NCBI RefSeq assembly: GCF_018977255.1
Contig: NW_024704743.1
Location: 80,974,001-81,038,000 of the forward strand
Direction of reading: 5' to 3'
Length of the DNA: 64,000 nt
Source of the DNA: Callorhinchus milii
Lineage: Eukaryota
The stretch's first letter is position 1; each line of letters opens with the position of its first letter. A model generated the notes under the pieces. It saw nothing but the letters and a program-made list of their open reading frames with translations. It made no database searches and was not told where the DNA came from. The translations under genes and the position numbers were made by a program. Shown here in pieces: positions 62,301-64,000 of the stretch.

Positions 62301-63369
62301 TTAGCTCCAATTATTTGCAACCAAACATTTGGGCTTAACACTGAATTTGGCCTAAGGCCCAAACAATTTAACATCAAAATGAGTATCCAGAGTTTGGAAA
62401 CTTAACACACAGATATCCATGATATTGTGTTGATCTGCAGTCAGCCAGGAAAACCCTGCTGAAGTCTATCCACTTTATAGAGGCTAACATAGGCTGAATG
62501 CTAAAAAATAAGTGATCACTTAAAGTGAAGAATATTATAAAAACGTGCCCAATGACCGCTATTCTTTAGCAATCAACAACACCCTGCATTTATATACAGC
62601 AGTGCCTTTCATGCAGGGTAGATTTTTGCAGTGCTACAAATGAGCTTAAGAAAGACTCCTATATTACTGCCTCTTTTATCCTCTCTCTTCTCCCCCTTTC
62701 CTCAGACTCAGTGACTGTTTTATTTAAAGGCACAGTGAGTTCTAACTATATAGTTTTCCGATCCAAATTACTAATGTAAAAGGATAAGTTGTTATAAATC
62801 ATGAAGAATGTATCAACTTGTTTTGGATAAAGTTCATTTTTTTCCTGGACAACAATTAAACCTTTTACACTGGTTGTTCTGACTGCACAGATCAGGTTGT
62901 TCGAAGTCATTTTGTATTTTTTTTAAAAAAGCACATTTTTAAAATGAAAGGAATACTGGAGGATATAACCTTATAATGGGTTTATCCTTGAATTTTCATT
63001 TTAAAAAACAGATTTTCAAGATTTTTATAAATCTATTGCCATGTGGAGGCTGGTCTCGCGTATCTCAGTCACAGAATGCCCACAGCTGACATGTTTGCCT
63101 TGGGGTAAATGAACAACAAAATGAAGCAAAATGTGAGCTTTGTGGAGCCCTCGCACCAACCATTCAGATAATTTTATGTTCTTTACAACGTAAAATTATG
63201 ACGTGCACAGTAAGTATTCGTTTTTGAATTTTTGAATGAGTTATCGCCAATTAAAGGAGATTCACTGCTTGATTTGCACTGTTATATATTGAAAAATAGT
63301 TACCTTTCATTATCTGGCAGGCTCAACCATTGAAGTATTGTAAATATCCTTCGCTCATAGGGAATGACA
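32197..63369 (-). CDS. ENPP2: ENPP2/autotaxin, 3' part: 16 coding exons (1738 nt, ~578 aa) covering the C-terminal PDE domain, linker and nuclease-like domain; 5' exons lie outside the window
   Basis: The joined exons give one open frame ending ..[11 protein letters not shown], an ENPP2-type C-terminus. Zn-ligand motifs EQPDxxGH, GDHG and GDHG, the APNNGTHGS sequon and the Ca-loop DYDYDGLRD are all present. All introns are GT-AG with consistent phases. Confidence 0.96.
33217..33370 (-). CDS. ENPP2: ENPP2 exon ([33 protein letters not shown])
   Basis: TTTTAG| .. AAT|GTAAGT; 154 nt. Confidence 0.94.
33520..33945 (+). mobile_element. Older Deu-domain SINE (SacSINE1/AmnSINE1-related); other copies at ~4989-5540(-), 17220-17560(-), 18820-19245(-), 28590-28950(-), 55950-56380(-)
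   Basis: tRNA-like head, central GGAGGTACCGTCCTTCAGATAAGACATTAAAGTGAGGTCCC..GTGGACGTTAAAGCTCCCATG, then TTGCTGTGCACAAATTG and an L2-like tail. Family name from recalled consensus. Confidence 0.75.
34495..34627 (-). CDS. ENPP2: ENPP2 exon ([38 protein letters not shown])
   Basis: GTGCAG| .. CG|GTAAGG; 133 nt; EF-hand-like Ca loop. Confidence 0.94.
36018..37765 (-). mobile_element. CR1-clade LINE, 5'-truncated ORF2 and 3' UTR
   Basis: [54 protein letters not shown]; (ATTCTATG)n-type tail. Confidence 0.95.
40037..40316 (+). mobile_element. Same SINE, 5'-truncated
   Basis: Starts within the tRNA head; (TTA)n tail. Confidence 0.92.
40697..40774 (-). CDS. ENPP2: ENPP2 exon ([25 protein letters not shown])
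   Basis: TTACAG| .. A|GTAAGT; 78 nt. Confidence 0.92.
41050..41185 (-). CDS. ENPP2: ENPP2 exon ([28 protein letters not shown])
   Basis: ATACAG| .. A|GTAAGT; 136 nt. Confidence 0.93.
42038..42177 (-). CDS. ENPP2: ENPP2 exon ([34 protein letters not shown])
   Basis: CTTTAG| .. CTG|GTTTGT; 140 nt. Confidence 0.92.
42540..42965 (-). mobile_element. Degraded CR1-like RT fragment
   Basis: RKQRVFI..W..SS.. and [18 protein letters not shown] resemble the INDLD and KFADDTKL motifs. Confidence 0.7.
42975..43930 (-). mobile_element. Non-LTR retrotransposon 3' end: ORF C-terminus with CCHC knuckle plus long 3' UTR (clade uncertain, RTE-X-like)
   Basis: LLLKLRT..CPSC..E..HFMLSC ending at 43443. The downstream non-coding part recurs at ~2810-3130 and ~22695-22980. 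Confidence 0.6.
44667..45129 (+). mobile_element. Young L2 LINE 3' end in ENPP2 intron
   Basis: [39 protein letters not shown]; intact tail with (TTG)n; many CpGs retained. Confidence 0.92.
45460..45508 (-). CDS. ENPP2: ENPP2 exon ([16 protein letters not shown])
   Basis: TTGTAG| .. G|GTAAAT; 49 nt; similar to human NKLDELNKRLHTKGSTE. Confidence 0.88.
45907..46076 (-). CDS. ENPP2: ENPP2 exon ([29 protein letters not shown])
   Basis: TTTCAG| .. AAG|GTTTGA; 170 nt. Confidence 0.92.
47340..47427 (-). CDS. ENPP2: ENPP2 exon ([29 protein letters not shown])
   Basis: CTGCAG| .. G|GTAAGT; 88 nt. Confidence 0.94.
48378..48462 (-). CDS. ENPP2: ENPP2 exon ([28 protein letters not shown])
   Basis: GTTTAG| .. 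CAG|GTAGGA; 85 nt. Confidence 0.93.
49459..49586 (-). CDS. ENPP2: ENPP2 exon ([42 protein letters not shown])
   Basis: CTTAAG| .. AG|GTAATT; 128 nt. Confidence 0.93.
50742..50773 (-). CDS. ENPP2: ENPP2 short exon ([11 protein letters not shown])
   Basis: TAACAG| .. ACT|GTAAGT; 32 nt; similar to human YDPKAIIANLT. Confidence 0.9.
51015..51238. repeat. Imperfect ~225-bp palindrome (MITE-like fold-back)
   Basis: TCTTGCACATG..AAAACTGTTTTG pairs with CAAAACAGTTTT..CATGTGCAAGA; ATTATCCAG with CTGGATAAT; ATCTCCACCA with TGGTGGAGAT; centre CTCCCAC-TTGGGAG. Confidence 0.75.
51431..51748 (+). mobile_element. tRNA-derived SINE, short young form, full length
   Basis: Near-identical to 21740-22052 and 40037-40316. 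Confidence 0.94.
52932..53138 (+). mobile_element. Same SINE, 5'-truncated, inserted in an L2 remnant (~52797-53280)
   Basis: SINE body and tail flanked by L2 ORF2 sequence on the left and an L2 tail on the right. Confidence 0.85.
53379..53504 (-). CDS. ENPP2: ENPP2 exon ([28 protein letters not shown])
   Basis: TTAAAG| .. T|GTAAGT; 126 nt. Confidence 0.92.
54403..54596. mobile_element. hAT-type MITE
   Basis: 16-bp TIRs CAGTGATAGCCAACCT / AGGTTGGCTACTGCTG (13/16 match); 8-bp TSD CTTTAAAG / CTTTAAAA. Confidence 0.75.
54785..55030 (-). mobile_element. Degraded CR1-like ORF2 C-terminus / 3' end
   Basis: [21 protein letters not shown] motif. Confidence 0.7.
55116..55224 (-). CDS. ENPP2: ENPP2 exon ([36 protein letters not shown])
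   Basis: CTTTAG| .. G|GTAAGA; 109 nt. Confidence 0.93.
57436..57762 (-). mobile_element. Short-form SINE inserted into a long-form SINE (TSD AGATAA)
   Basis: AGATAA at 57430-57435 and 57763-57768; the host SINE continues on both sides. Confidence 0.9.
57784..58299 (-). mobile_element. Young L2 LINE 3' end inserted into a SINE (TSD GTGCA)
   Basis: Close reverse-complement match to 44667-45129; GTGCA at 57779-57783 and 58300-58304. Confidence 0.9.
60086..60158 (-). CDS. ENPP2: ENPP2 exon ([24 protein letters not shown])
   Basis: TTTCAG| .. GAG|GTTAGT; 73 nt; carries Zn-ligand Asp and His. Confidence 0.93.
61197..61455 (+). mobile_element. LF-SINE-like element; more degraded copies at ~15850-16030(+), 26110-26310(-), 44300-44555(+)
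   Basis: CTGTGCTCGGTTGGCTGATGTCAGCCAGGGCAGCAGTACGAGTGCTACAATTGGCCTCAG..CTCCTGATCGCTATCCAGTGACCCCTG matches the LF-SINE consensus as I recall it. Confidence 0.8.
63304..63369 (-). CDS. ENPP2: ENPP2 exon ([22 protein letters not shown])
   Basis: TTGCAG| .. AG|GTAACT; 66 nt; similar to human VIPHERRILTILQWLTLPDHER. Confidence 0.92.
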
Positions 63370-64000
63370 CTGCAACAAAAAAAAACACCAGGTTTAATAA
63401 ATTGCATGTTGTGTATTACAAATAACACCTTTAAAATAACTACATTGATACATCCACATTCAATGTCTGCAATGAACTGCAGCTACATTTTAAAGTTCTG
63501 AACAGTTTAGCTATGGGCAGACAGTTTTCCATTGCCTGACATTAGGGTCCAACTTGCAACCTTTCCGAAAGGGTTGGTAACAGTGAATCATGCCTGTGTG
63601 TGAGGCAACTGGGCGTTGAGAGAACAGGAGTACTTGAGGATAACCAGCACAATGGAGCCCCTCACCAGTAAGAGGAGACCAAAGAGGTATTTGACAGTGG
63701 GAAGACAATTACAAAAAAGAAATAGATGCACTAAATGGAATTTTTTTTTCTAATATTAAGCAGTGTGCGTTATAAAAGCAAGTGCTAGCAAAAGTGTTTA
63801 TGAAAGATCAGCAGGACACCAAAGTACATATATGCAATTAACATTGGCATAAAATACAACAACCTGTATTTATATCTCACACTTCATGTGTGTTAGCGTC
63901 TCAGAGCGCTTAACAAGAAAGTAAATGAATAAGAGAACAGAGGCAATAAAGCCAGCTATAGTGCCATACTTTGAAAAAGGCAATCTACAAACTAAATTAA

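Overview
Vertebrate nuclear DNA, most likely a cartilaginous fish (inferred from the repeat families; not provable from this window). Two convergent protein-coding genes are present. (1) A complete 5-exon CCN3/NOV gene on + (CDS 13347-18651, 334 aa: signal peptide, IGFBP, VWC, TSP1, CT). (2) The last 16 coding exons of ENPP2/autotaxin on - (63369 down to 32197; the gene starts beyond the right edge). All 21 exons were joined by hand with GT-AG boundaries and matching phases. The CCN3-ENPP2 tail-to-tail pair matches the human arrangement. The rest is mostly repeats: young tRNA-Ala-headed SINEs sharing a 3' tail with L2 LINEs, older Deu-domain SINEs, LF-SINE-like copies, CR1 and Tx1-like LINE fragments, MITEs, and a Penelope-type inverted insertion with degenerate hammerhead motifs. 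The most unusual architecture is the putative CCN3 core promoter, a ~110 bp unique island between a ~5 kb (TCAC)n-based array and a ~0.9 kb repeat-filled leader. I found no evidence for a wholly new biological system; the findings are hypotheses of moderate interest. Repeat family names come from remembered consensus motifs, not database searches, and repeat edges are approximate.
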